Sequence record: MK672798.1
From: Escherichia phage Skure
Strand: one strand, 5' to 3'
Length of the DNA: 59,463 nt
Made by a program: the position numbers and the translations under genes. Under the pieces are notes generated by a model. That model was not told the DNA's origin, ran no database searches, and saw nothing but the letters and a program-made list of their open reading frames with translations. Shown here one piece after another: positions 28,031 through 37,222 of the stretch (the stretch's first letter is position 1; the number at the start of each line of letters is the position of its first letter).

Positions 28031-28950
28031 CAGAACAACTCCATTACACGATCACGGAATGTGCCGTCATGGGTGGCGTTAATGTTTGCAGCAATTACAC
28101 CATACGCCCATAAGTTGAAGGCAGCACGTGATTCATAGATTGTTGATAAACGTTCGTAAGTGAAACCGTTTTGCTCAAGGTATTTAAGGACAGCGTCTTG
28201 TTCAATTTCAGTTAATGTTGAAACATGCTTACCAAAATGATGGCGGTCCGGTGACTTATCTGAAACGCGCATTGGTCCCCACGGAGGGGTAACCACACTT
28301 CCAAACGCTGCCGCTTGTATCCAGGAGGATGAGTCGCAGCTATACCACGGGTAACGTTCCATAATGGTTGTGGACGTAATACCAAACGCATGAAGTTTAA
28401 TCTTAGCACGTCCGCTACCGTCGCAAATGTATTTGTCCCACATGCGGTCAAGCCAAGTCTTAAGCGTGTCCGTGGAACGCCCTACCATGCCCCCGATGGT
28501 GATATATTCGTAGTTCTTCATGTAGTATTCAAGATAGCGGAAGTCCTCCCCAAAGTGAAAGCAAGGTAACGGTTTAGCACCGCGTGCTTCCATTTCAAGC
28601 TGGTTACGGTAGGTTTGTAGCGGATCACCGATACCATCGAGCACCGATGCCATCACCGCACCATCTTCTACGCGAAGGATGTCTTTGTTACGCTTAATGT
28701 ATTCGCAGTATTCAACAATATCAATGTGAGCACCCAAAGAGTGCGCGGAGAATGCACCGGAGTCGAGAAACACTTTAGCCCCGTCCGCACGCATCTGATC
28801 AACATACTTTTGACGTCCAACGTAGTGGTATGATTCCAAAATATGGGGCAGATTGCGCGTGATATTTTTCTCATGCTCCGACAGCTTTTCATAACGCTGC
28901 TGCCCGGGCATATATCCGTTTGTGTAAACTGCTGCCATAAAAACGTTCAT
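28030..28950 (-). CDS. dpdA: DpdA-like DNA-guanine transglycosylase (TGT superfamily)
   Basis: 306 aa; KVFLDSGAFS resembles the TGT catalytic DSGGFQ region; embedded in preQ0 biosynthesis genes; GGAGGA RBS. Confidence 0.7.
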   Translation of the reverse strand: MNVFMAAVYTNGYMPGQQRYEKLSEHEKNITRNLPHILESYHYVGRQKYVDQMRADGAKVFLDSGAFSAHSLGAHIDIVEYCEYIKRNKDILRVEDGAVMASVLDGIGDPLQTYRNQLEMEARGAKPLPCFHFGEDFRYLEYYMKNYEYITIGGMVGRSTDTLKTWLDRMWDKYICDGSGRAKIKLHAFGITSTTIMERYPWYSCDSSSWIQAAAFGSVVTPPWGPMRVSDKSPDRHHFGKHVSTLTEIEQDAVLKYLEQNGFTYERLSTIYESRAAFNLWAYGVIAANINATHDGTFRDRVMELF

Positions 28951-29180
28951 TTTTGGAATGGTCCTCCAAACTGATCAATTAGTTCTAAGGTACGCCATGC
29001 ATTATTAAATGCTTCGTCCGCTTGATGTTTAGCGTCAATAAGCTGCTGCTTTAAGACATTTGTAGGAGCATCATTCTGTATCGCAGAGCAAGCATCCGCA
29101 GTACCTGCTTTAAGCTTGTAGAATGCAGCTTCTAAAATTAATTGTCTTGACATATTTCCCCCAATGACTAAAAAGCCCAT
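28947..29180 (-). CDS. hypothetical protein
   Basis: 77 aa; stop overlaps dpdA start (ATGA). Confidence 0.4.
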   Translation of the reverse strand: MGFLVIGGNMSRQLILEAAFYKLKAGTADACSAIQNDAPTNVLKQQLIDAKHQADEAFNNAWRTLELIDQFGGPFQK

Positions 29181-29224
29181 ACCAGTATTATGACCGATAT
29201 GGGCTTGATCTGTAAAGCTATCTA

Positions 29225-29815
29225 TTATTTACAAGCTTCAAGGAACTCCCGGCGCCATTCTTTACCAATATCGCTACCATGCTCCAGTTCTGTAGCGCCC
29301 CGGAACGCTTTGGTAATAGTAGAGCTTCCGCATACCTGCTTGACGCCACGACTTTCCATGCACATATGCTTGGCGTCAATATAAACACATACAGCTTTCG
29401 GGTTTAAATGCTCCTGAATAGCGTCTGCAATCTGGTTAGTAAGACGTTCCTGAACTTGCAGTCGACGACTAAAAGCATCCACAACGCGAGACAGCTTACT
29501 AAGCCCAACGATCTTCCCATTGGGGACATAACCCACAACAGCACGCCCGATAATAGGAGCCATGTGATGCTCACAATGACTGTATACAGGAATATCACGG
29601 ACAATGACCATTTCATCCGCACCTTCCGCACCATCTTCAAAGGTTTTAAACAATCCAGCGATATCTACATCGTAACCGCTGAACCACGTTGCATAAGCTT
29701 TCGCTACACGCTCCGGAGTTTCCATCAACCCATCACGCAGACCTTCTTCTGCTTTTACGCCTTCAATCTGACGCAGGATAGAAATAATATTCGCTTCGAG
29801 TATTGTTTTATTCAT
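29225..29815 (-). CDS. folE: GTP cyclohydrolase I
   Basis: 196 aa; canonical CEHH motif and VGYVPNGKIVGLSKL region. Confidence 0.9.
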   Translation of the reverse strand: MNKTILEANIISILRQIEGVKAEEGLRDGLMETPERVAKAYATWFSGYDVDIAGLFKTFEDGAEGADEMVIVRDIPVYSHCEHHMAPIIGRAVVGYVPNGKIVGLSKLSRVVDAFSRRLQVQERLTNQIADAIQEHLNPKAVCVYIDAKHMCMESRGVKQVCGSSTITKAFRGATELEHGSDIGKEWRREFLEACK

Positions 29816-29851
29816 GGTTTGCAGTTTCCTTGTTTGTTAATGTGGTCATAC

Positions 29852-30373
29852 TTACAGGCTATAATTTACGTGACATTTCGAAGTTTCTTCGATGGTGCAT
29901 TCTACAAGTTGAACACCATGCTCGTCAAGCAGTTGCGGCCCAATTACTTCAACCATGTATGCAGCTAAGTTTTCCGCAGTTGGGTTGAACGGTAGAGCTA
30001 CCAGTGAATCAACGAAATGTGAGTGCTCTTCTTCTGTAATATAACCTTCACTTTCATCCGCTAAAACATCACGAAGACCGATAAGTAAGTGATCTTTTTC
30101 CCAATGCAGGAACTTATGATCCCAGTTATCTTCCAGCCACTGGCAAAGCGTAGTTTTAACCACACTGAAGTCGATAACACGACCAACACTGTCCAGGCCT
30201 CCTTCTAGCGTCAGTTTACCGCACGTAATCTTTTTAACATCCGTGCGACCTTTCGGGGCAACCTTAAAGTGAAACTTATAGTTATGTCCGTGAAGATGTC
30301 GACATTTGCTTTCATGTCCTACAACACGGTGCCCAGCGCAAATTTCATGTGAACGGATCACTGTATAGCTCAT
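29852..30373 (-). CDS. queD: 6-carboxy-5,6,7,8-tetrahydropterin synthase
   Basis: 173 aa; CxxxHGH zinc motif (CRHLHGHNY); AGGAGA RBS. Confidence 0.85.
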   Translation of the reverse strand: MSYTVIRSHEICAGHRVVGHESKCRHLHGHNYKFHFKVAPKGRTDVKKITCGKLTLEGGLDSVGRVIDFSVVKTTLCQWLEDNWDHKFLHWEKDHLLIGLRDVLADESEGYITEEEHSHFVDSLVALPFNPTAENLAAYMVEVIGPQLLDEHGVQLVECTIEETSKCHVNYSL

Positions 30374-30374
30374 T

Positions 30375-30698
30375 TTATTCTCCTAACTCTGCTTTAACCG
30401 CTGCTTCGATATCTTCAAGGGCTTTAAGTTCATGAGTATAGTAACTCATATCATCTGGTTCAGTCGACTCTTCGTGCATGGTTTCTAATGCTTGACGCCA
30501 TATAGCTATGTGACCTTTAATCATACATGCAAGCGAACTATGACCTTTGTAAACTGCTTTGTCCACTTGCATCTGTGGGTTGAATTGCACAATAGCATCT
30601 TCAACAAGATCAATCAGATCATATGCTTGTTGAGGGACTGGGTTTCCAAATGCTTTATGAGCTATACCCATTCTTGCTAAATTACTTATCCTATTCAT
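30375..30698 (-). CDS. hypothetical protein inside deazaguanine cluster
   Basis: 107 aa, AAGGAG RBS, no recognisable motif. Confidence 0.45.
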   Translation of the reverse strand: MNRISNLARMGIAHKAFGNPVPQQAYDLIDLVEDAIVQFNPQMQVDKAVYKGHSSLACMIKGHIAIWRQALETMHEESTEPDDMSYYTHELKALEDIEAAVKAELGE

Positions 30699-31264
30699 TT
30701 CGATACTCCTTTCGATTGTTCAATTTCTAACGCACGCTGTGCGGACGCAATAATGTCTTTTAAGTCTTCTACCAGACTTTTATGCCCGCGCTCACCGGGT
30801 TGCAATGCTTTTTTGATAAGGTGTTGCAGAGCTGGGTTCGTTGTTTCCCAGGCGGTAAGAACATCATACACATCTACAACAATTGAAGCAACATGCCCGT
30901 CAATATCTTTACCGCGGATAAGGCGCTGGTATTTGGTCAGACGGTTATCTTCAGGATAGCTCTGGTAACGCGCTTCTGGAACCGTCATTGCAATTTCCAT
31001 CACTTCTTTAAACTTGTGCTCGGTTATTGGGTCTTTGCTGGTCATTTGTTGATTAATTGGCTCTTCAATGATGTAACGCCAAGCAGTCACATCAAATTGT
31101 GTGGTCATTGGGATTGGCGAATATGACCATATCCAACCAGCTCCGCGATGGTTTCTTAAAACGTTACCATTTCTTAGTTTCACTTCAAAATGGTCATTCT
31201 GAAGATAGACGGGCATCCCTTTGCCGTCGTGTTTGTGCCAAATTTTATCCAGATTATCTTTCAT
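30695..31264 (-). CDS. hypothetical protein inside deazaguanine cluster
   Basis: Start placed at internal ATG (MKDNLDK) one nt after upstream stop; about 189 aa; no recognisable motif. Confidence 0.45.
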   Translation of the reverse strand: MKDNLDKIWHKHDGKGMPVYLQNDHFEVKLRNGNVLRNHRGAGWIWSYSPIPMTTQFDVTAWRYIIEEPINQQMTSKDPITEHKFKEVMEIAMTVPEARYQSYPEDNRLTKYQRLIRGKDIDGHVASIVVDVYDVLTAWETTNPALQHLIKKALQPGERGHKSLVEDLKDIIASAQRALEIEQSKGVSK

Positions 31265-31265
31265 T

Positions 31266-31745
31266 TTATGCTCTCGCTGTACGTGAATGAACTTCGTAAA
31301 CAACCCAAAGGATAGCTGATGCTGTGAACTTACTTAAGCTCATTGCTACCATCGATCCCGGATTTACAATACCAATAATACTTAAGAATACAATGGAGTC
31401 AATTGGTACTGCGACCAAAGAGCTGATAAATACTCGTTGATGGAAAGGCTTCTTGGTGACCGTGTATACCACATAGTCAGCAAACTCGCTAAGTGCAAAT
31501 GACGCAACGGATGCAACTACAACCGCAGGATCCCCGAACACCCAGCTAAGAATGCAACCGACAATCATTGCAGGGATAACGCCTTTGCCAGCGTTACGCT
31601 GTGCGTAGTCACGCAGGACGAAGATAATACCTACGAAGAAAGCCATCATGGGTACTACGCCAAGCGGCGTGTTAAGTATTGGAAGGTAGGAAAAGCCCAG
31701 GTTTACGAACGTAATTGCAGCCAGGTAAGCAACGATAAATTTCAT
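31266..31745 (-). CDS. integral membrane protein, putative queuosine-precursor (preQ0/preQ1) transporter of the YhhQ/COG1738 type
   Basis: 159 aa, about 5 TM helices; sits between queC and queD; assigned by context, not by motif. Confidence 0.4.
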   Translation of the reverse strand: MKFIVAYLAAITFVNLGFSYLPILNTPLGVVPMMAFFVGIIFVLRDYAQRNAGKGVIPAMIVGCILSWVFGDPAVVVASVASFALSEFADYVVYTVTKKPFHQRVFISSLVAVPIDSIVFLSIIGIVNPGSMVAMSLSKFTASAILWVVYEVHSRTARA

Positions 31746-31865
31746 ACTTTTGTTCTCCAGTTTTAACAGCGTTATTCGCTGGTTGTTGGGTTTAAAAGCT
31801 TTAGTAGTATAGTTGGGTTACCGCACCCTAAACAATGCGCTAGCGGTGCGGTTTTCGCGGTAAGA

Positions 31866-32588
31866 TCAAACGTGTTTGCTGTAAGCGTTATCCATAAATT
31901 CAGTGTAACCCTTAGCACGGAGTTTACACGCTGGGCATTCCCCGCAACCGTATCCCCAGTCATGCAAAGTTCGACGAATGCCGTTATAGCAGGTGTGCGA
32001 CTGTTCAATAACTGTGGTTAAGAAACCAACCTTGTCCGCCAGCTCAAACGTTTCAGCTTTGTTTAAACGCATAAGTGGGGTAACAAAATGAATATCTGTT
32101 TCATATCCAACGTTTAAGGTAGCTTCAAGCAAATCAACAAACTGCTGACGGCAATCCGGATAACCGCTATAGTCCGTTTCACATACGCCTGTAACCACAT
32201 ATCGGGCTCCGACCTTCTGCGCGTAAGCGTGCGCGGTTGTCAGAAAAAGCGCATTACGATTTGGCACAAAACTTGCCGGAAGGTTATTGTGCTGTTCGTG
32301 ATGCTCGTTGACATCACCTTCGTTCCCGATCAAAGCGCTATTACCAATCTGTTTCAAAGCTGGTAATTCGAAGACAACAAACGGGACATTGTGCTCTTTA
32401 CAAATTTGATTAGCACAAGCCAGCTCAATGTTATGACGTTGACCGTATGCAAAACCAATAGCGTAAACTTTATCATAGTTATTAAGCGCAAGACCTAGAC
32501 AAGTCACGCTGTCCTGACCGCCAGACAGGACCACAACGGCGGAGTTATGATTTTTTACAGGGAACACCAGTTTATCTAATTTATTCAT
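31866..32588 (-). CDS. queC: 7-cyano-7-deazaguanine synthase
   Basis: 240 aa; PP-loop VVLSGGQDS; C-terminal zinc ribbon CxxCxxC (GCGECPACK); no fused amidotransferase domain. Confidence 0.9.
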   Translation of the reverse strand: MNKLDKLVFPVKNHNSAVVVLSGGQDSVTCLGLALNNYDKVYAIGFAYGQRHNIELACANQICKEHNVPFVVFELPALKQIGNSALIGNEGDVNEHHEQHNNLPASFVPNRNALFLTTAHAYAQKVGARYVVTGVCETDYSGYPDCRQQFVDLLEATLNVGYETDIHFVTPLMRLNKAETFELADKVGFLTTVIEQSHTCYNGIRRTLHDWGYGCGECPACKLRAKGYTEFMDNAYSKHV

Positions 32589-32589
32589 T

Positions 32590-32787
32590 TTAGAAACCTT
32601 TAAGGCTAATATTAAGGTTAACGACTACTTGTTCAACTACATCTTCACAGGTCACCTGACGCTTGTGAATTTCAAGTTCCGAATATATTTTCTTTGAAGC
32701 TGCGCGACATAGGGCGTCATTCAATTCGTCTTGTAGACGTTGAATCTTGTGCATAAGCACTACAGTTTCTTCATTCATTTTCCACAC
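32590..32787 (-). CDS. hypothetical small protein inside deazaguanine cluster
   Basis: 65 aa between queE and queC. Confidence 0.35.
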   Translation of the reverse strand: MWKMNEETVVLMHKIQRLQDELNDALCRAASKKIYSELEIHKRQVTCEDVVEQVVVNLNISLKGF

Positions 32788-32983
32788 CTTTAATATAACA
32801 AGGGTTGATTGTTACATTTGACATTACAATTGGATGATTACGTGCTCCAATTGTACTAACGTGATTAATATCTAATTCTACATGCACACCCTGCATAGTA
32901 GCATGGGCAATTGCAGAATTAAGTTTTTCTACCAGCTCAGTAATCATTTCCTGATGCTGTTTTGCTTCTTCTAAAGTGATCAT
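32771..32983 (-). CDS. hypothetical small protein inside deazaguanine cluster
   Basis: 70 aa; stop overlaps next start. Confidence 0.35.
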   Translation of the reverse strand: MITLEEAKQHQEMITELVEKLNSAIAHATMQGVHVELDINHVSTIGARNHPIVMSNVTINPCYIKGVENE

Positions 32984-33690
32984 TATTCCACTCCGATATA
33001 TTTGTGAACCTGAAGCTGCAACGTGTAACCGTGTTTCATACAGCTTTGGACAACGGCTTGGATATTACTGTGGTTAAGGTCTTCATCCTGCTCGTCCATT
33101 GGCTGTAAATATATCTTACCCTTGAACCCCTTCGGAGGTCTAGCGATAAATGGCGTAGCTTGATGATCTAATGCTTGAAGAGGTAAACCATCTTCCACGT
33201 TTACACAGCACGCTTTAAGTACATATTTAAATGCATTAGCGCGGCGCAGCACAGAAGGATGAATCTTTGAGGTCTTAGGACTACATACAATCACAGGTAA
33301 CTGGGAAAAGTTCTTAGGTAAAGGCATAGACCCATTAGTTTCAATTTGCACCAAATAGCCGCGCGATAACAGTTGTTCAATAAACGGGTTAATTTGCTGA
33401 CGGAACGGTTCACCCCCAGTGATAACCACAAGTGAGGTGCTATTGCCGGATTCCAGCTTACGGCTTTCGATTAAACGCATAATATCGACAATATGATAAA
33501 GACTACGACCAACAGTATAATCCGTATCACAGCCAGGACATTGCAGGTTGCACCCAGCAAGACGCACAAATACAGCAGGTTGGCCGCAGAATGGACCTTC
33601 ACCCTGAATGGTAGAGAATACCGAATGCACGTCTAAATACATATCGTTTTCTTTAGAACGGGGCTCGGGAGCTTGTTGATTAATATTCAT
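32983..33690 (-). CDS. queE: 7-carboxy-7-deazaguanine synthase (radical SAM)
   Basis: 235 aa; LAGCNLQCPGCDTDYT cluster-binding motif typical of QueE. Confidence 0.85.
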   Translation of the reverse strand: MNINQQAPEPRSKENDMYLDVHSVFSTIQGEGPFCGQPAVFVRLAGCNLQCPGCDTDYTVGRSLYHIVDIMRLIESRKLESGNSTSLVVITGGEPFRQQINPFIEQLLSRGYLVQIETNGSMPLPKNFSQLPVIVCSPKTSKIHPSVLRRANAFKYVLKACCVNVEDGLPLQALDHQATPFIARPPKGFKGKIYLQPMDEQDEDLNHSNIQAVVQSCMKHGYTLQLQVHKYIGVE

Positions 33691-33699
33691 CTTAAATCC

Positions 33700-33735
33700 T
33701 CTAGTGAAAAAGAAAGCGCCTCATTGGGCGCTTTC
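33700..33735 (-). terminator. rho-independent terminator (- strand) downstream of the Ala-rich protein gene
   Basis: Plus-strand GAAAGCGCC-tcattg-GGCGCTTTC; on - strand followed by TTTTTCAC. Confidence 0.5.
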
Positions 33736-33759
33736 ATTATAACGTGATATGTTTTGATA

Positions 33760-34563
33760 TTACAAGCCGTTCAGGGCTTCCGGTACTGGCATAGGTACGC
33801 GACCAGTCACACCATTAAACTTCTTCCAACGTGCATACTGAGTTTTAACAGTATCTTCGTTCAGACCGTGACGACCTGCCAGATTCAGAACATAAGAGAT
33901 CGGAGCAGGCTGACCCAGCGTAGCGCTAATCTGGTCCATCAGAGCCCAGGCACGACCGCAGGAAGTTTCCGGTTGCGGACGACGAACACCATTCTGTTCA
34001 GGCATACGGTTCGCTTCTTTCGCTTTTTCACGTTCAGCTTTTTCGCGGGCTTTTTCAGCAGCCTTTTCAGCCTGTTTAGCAGCGCGGATCTTGTCTTTGA
34101 AGCCTTTGATAGACGAATCCAGTTCGTCGACCATGCTCTGAGCAGCAGTTACTGCACCGGACAGATCTTCACCTTTGGATTTTTTAACAACTGCTTTCAG
34201 ATCTTTCAGAGCATTCTTTAAATGCTTCAGCTGTTCGGAACCCTTAGATTCTGCTTCCGTAATCTGTTCAACAGTGCTTTCATCGGTAATACCGGATAAA
34301 GCAAACTTCACGGTTTCAACTGCCTGGGAAAGAGCGGTAAATTTATTTTCCGCTTCAGTACGAATTTCAGCTTGTTTCTTTTCAGCGGCAGCTTTTTTCT
34401 CTGCTTCTTTTTTCTCTTTTGCTACGCGTGCAGCTTCAGCGGCAGCGGCTTTTTTAGCTTCTGCGTCGTTAGCAGTAGCTTCTTTCTTTGCAGGCTTAGC
34501 AGATTTTGCAGCGGCAGCAGCGGCTGCGGCAGCAGCGGCTTTCTTATCTTCAATATTACTCAT
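33760..34563 (-). CDS. Ala/Lys/Glu-rich protein with poly-Ala tract and conserved C-terminal domain (function unknown)
   Basis: Start at ATG 34563 (GGAG RBS) rather than GTG 34572; 12-residue poly-Ala; C-terminus ...QYARWKKFNG paralogous to the protein at 50611-51225. Confidence 0.5.
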   Translation of the reverse strand: MSNIEDKKAAAAAAAAAAAKSAKPAKKEATANDAEAKKAAAAEAARVAKEKKEAEKKAAAEKKQAEIRTEAENKFTALSQAVETVKFALSGITDESTVEQITEAESKGSEQLKHLKNALKDLKAVVKKSKGEDLSGAVTAAQSMVDELDSSIKGFKDKIRAAKQAEKAAEKAREKAEREKAKEANRMPEQNGVRRPQPETSCGRAWALMDQISATLGQPAPISYVLNLAGRHGLNEDTVKTQYARWKKFNGVTGRVPMPVPEALNGL

Positions 34564-34690
34564 TTTCTTCACTCCGAATTATTATGGGTTCGTTTGTTAC
34601 CAACGGGGTTAAATGTACCAAAGGATTTTGTGACACGCAACCCCTTACATAAACATTTTTAAAAATATTTTTGATCAGGGTTAGAACTTA

Positions 34691-35185
34691 TTAGCTCTTC
34701 GCACCTCTGCCCGGTGTCCATGCTGCTTGCAATGCGGGTCGCTCACAAATGACCCTGGCACCGGAAATAATACTACCCTCCCGTTCAGCATCGTATTTGA
34801 CACGGGCAGGTTTCCAAAGTCCTTCATCCATTGACGGAACGTATTGCCCAATTTGAGGTGAGCAAAAGCCTTGGATATCGTATTCCACACAGAATTCGGC
34901 TTGTGCGCTAATTTGGGTGTGATCCAGGATTGTTTCTGGAAGTTGCGTAAAGTAATCAGACAAAATGCGCTCAACGATTTCCCGTTCATATGGTGCAGCT
35001 CCTAAGTTTTCTGTCAGGTTAATATAAAGCATTTGAAGATCAACATCTTCAAGATCTTTTAAATCGTTTACTGGTGTTACCAGTGTTGACTCCGGACAAC
35101 AGATAATTCCAAGTTGGTGTAGTGTCAACCAATTGGGATGTTTTGCCAAGAGTTCAAATTTATCTGTATCAATTAGGACGTACAT
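34691..35185 (-). CDS. hypothetical protein
   Basis: 164 aa ORF. Confidence 0.45.
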   Translation of the reverse strand: MYVLIDTDKFELLAKHPNWLTLHQLGIICCPESTLVTPVNDLKDLEDVDLQMLYINLTENLGAAPYEREIVERILSDYFTQLPETILDHTQISAQAEFCVEYDIQGFCSPQIGQYVPSMDEGLWKPARVKYDAEREGSIISGARVICERPALQAAWTPGRGAKS

Positions 35186-35244
35186 TGCAATCCCCTATAA
35201 ATAAGTAATGCCCCAATAGTAGGGGCATTAGATGTTGAAGTCAA

Positions 35245-37221
35245 TTAGAACGGGACGTAATCCGGATCATCTACTTGTACAGGGTTAACCACATTGTTCA
35301 CCGTTATGCCTTGCGTATTCTGCGAAACAATATCGTCCCAGCTTACATCATCGTTATAGCTCGGACCTTCTGTTGTTCCATCCTGCCCGTATACTTTAAC
35401 CTGAATAGCTTCGTCGTCCTGTGGAGCTTCAAACTTACCGAAACAAGTACCATCATAATCATAGTTCAATATCTCAGGCCATTTCTTATTGGTATGAACT
35501 TTGATGTATTTTGGTGTTTTAAGCATTGCAGCAACATCAAGAGCTTCTTCAATAGTTTGTGGTAAAGGTAAGTGAGTCCTTTTCTTCCACCATGCAACAG
35601 CTTTACGACCTGCCCAGTCCCCATGAAGCAGAGCTACCCATTCGCTGAATATTTTACTACCGCAATAATAAGTCACCTTCATTGTTGGAGGTTTAGAGCT
35701 GTCATTGCGTTTAGTATGCTTTGCATAAGTCACATGCGTAACTTTAAAGTCTTCAACTACTGGAATATCCTGCTTGATCAGGGCTTCCGTACTTGCTGCT
35801 TTCTTGAGTTTGGTCTGGAACTTAAACTCATGACCGCAAAAGCCTTCTTTAACGTAATCCGTCCCGCGTAGCCTAAATCCTTTCAGATATAATTGTTGAA
35901 CTTGTTCCTGTGTGACGCTGTCCATTGGGATTGGTGCGAAGCCACCGCAATAGCGAGCGGATGCATGATTATACGACCCACATACATCGCATTCTTTAAC
36001 CGGAGCAGTACCAGCACCTTTTTCGCCAGGGCGCTTGGGTTTAACAGGGTCGTTAATAGGGCCCAAACGGCGCGTATTACCGCTGAAATCCAGTACAAGG
36101 CAGTTCTGCTTGGGGCTTGCCGCAATAGCTTGTAAGCGCCCCTCCTGCGTGGAAAGATCAAAGCCCTCCGCGTACACCGGACGCGTACCACGACCCAGCA
36201 TCTGAACCCATAGCACCGCCGACGCAGTGGGACGGAGCATGATAATTAAGTCCAGCATTGGATGATCAAAACCTGTGGTTAAGACGTTGTTGTTCGTTAA
36301 TGCTCGAAATTCACCGCGCTTGAATTTTTCAATAATCTCGTCACGTTCTTTTGCATCAAGCTTAGAGTGAATACATCCACAGCTAATACCCATATCGTTC
36401 AGCATATCACACGCGTCTTTAGCGTGTTCAATGCCAGAACAAAATATAAGCCAGCTTTGACGGTCTTCACCACATTCAATCGCTTCCTCAAGTGCGCGGA
36501 GTGTTGCGTCATCGCGGTTTACCGCACTTTGCAGCTCACTCTGGATAAACTCACCGCCGCGTTTACCTACCCCGTTGAGGTCCAGCTCCATCTTAGTACG
36601 CTTTGGCACAACCGGAAGAAGATAACCTTGTTCCAGAAACCAGTTGAAGGCTTCCGGAGTAGTTGCATCAAACGTTACCTTATCAAATAACGCATCATCG
36701 TCTTCGTTTTCCTTAACAATTGAACCATACCCCAGTCGATAAGGTGTAGCAGTAAGACCGATGATTTTTAAGTAAGGGTTAACTTCACGCAACGCTGCAA
36801 AGAACTTCTTATACATTGTTGCATCACGCGGACTAATAAGATGCGCTTCGTCCACAAAAATAAGATCAACTTTGCCGAACTTTTTCGGATGCTTAGCAAC
36901 GGACGCAATCCCTGCAAAGGTAATAAGATTGTAGACTTCTTTACGCTTCAAACCCGCGCTGTAAATACCTGCTGGCGCTTCGGGCCAGACTTTCATTAAT
37001 TTATCATAGTTTTGTGCAATTAACTCTTTGACGTGAGTTAACATCATTACTCGCTGGTTTGGATACCATTTGTAAAGCAGATCGAGGAACCCCGCGATAA
37101 CGAGCGATTTTCCTGTCCCTGTTGGTAACAGGATCAAAGGGTTCCCCGCGTTACCCTTTTCAGCATCAAAATAGCGGAATACGCTATAAACTGCTTCCTG
37201 TTGATAATCGCGGAGTTGCAT
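35245..37221 (-). CDS. SF2 DEAD/DEAH-box helicase
   Basis: 658 aa; LRDYQQEA (Q motif), LLPTGTGKS (Walker A), FVDEAH (DEAH), LTATP, QMLGRGTR. Confidence 0.8.
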   Translation of the reverse strand: MQLRDYQQEAVYSVFRYFDAEKGNAGNPLILLPTGTGKSLVIAGFLDLLYKWYPNQRVMMLTHVKELIAQNYDKLMKVWPEAPAGIYSAGLKRKEVYNLITFAGIASVAKHPKKFGKVDLIFVDEAHLISPRDATMYKKFFAALREVNPYLKIIGLTATPYRLGYGSIVKENEDDDALFDKVTFDATTPEAFNWFLEQGYLLPVVPKRTKMELDLNGVGKRGGEFIQSELQSAVNRDDATLRALEEAIECGEDRQSWLIFCSGIEHAKDACDMLNDMGISCGCIHSKLDAKERDEIIEKFKRGEFRALTNNNVLTTGFDHPMLDLIIMLRPTASAVLWVQMLGRGTRPVYAEGFDLSTQEGRLQAIAASPKQNCLVLDFSGNTRRLGPINDPVKPKRPGEKGAGTAPVKECDVCGSYNHASARYCGGFAPIPMDSVTQEQVQQLYLKGFRLRGTDYVKEGFCGHEFKFQTKLKKAASTEALIKQDIPVVEDFKVTHVTYAKHTKRNDSSKPPTMKVTYYCGSKIFSEWVALLHGDWAGRKAVAWWKKRTHLPLPQTIEEALDVAAMLKTPKYIKVHTNKKWPEILNYDYDGTCFGKFEAPQDDEAIQVKVYGQDGTTEGPSYNDDVSWDDIVSQNTQGITVNNVVNPVQVDDPDYVPF

Positions 37222-37222
37222 A

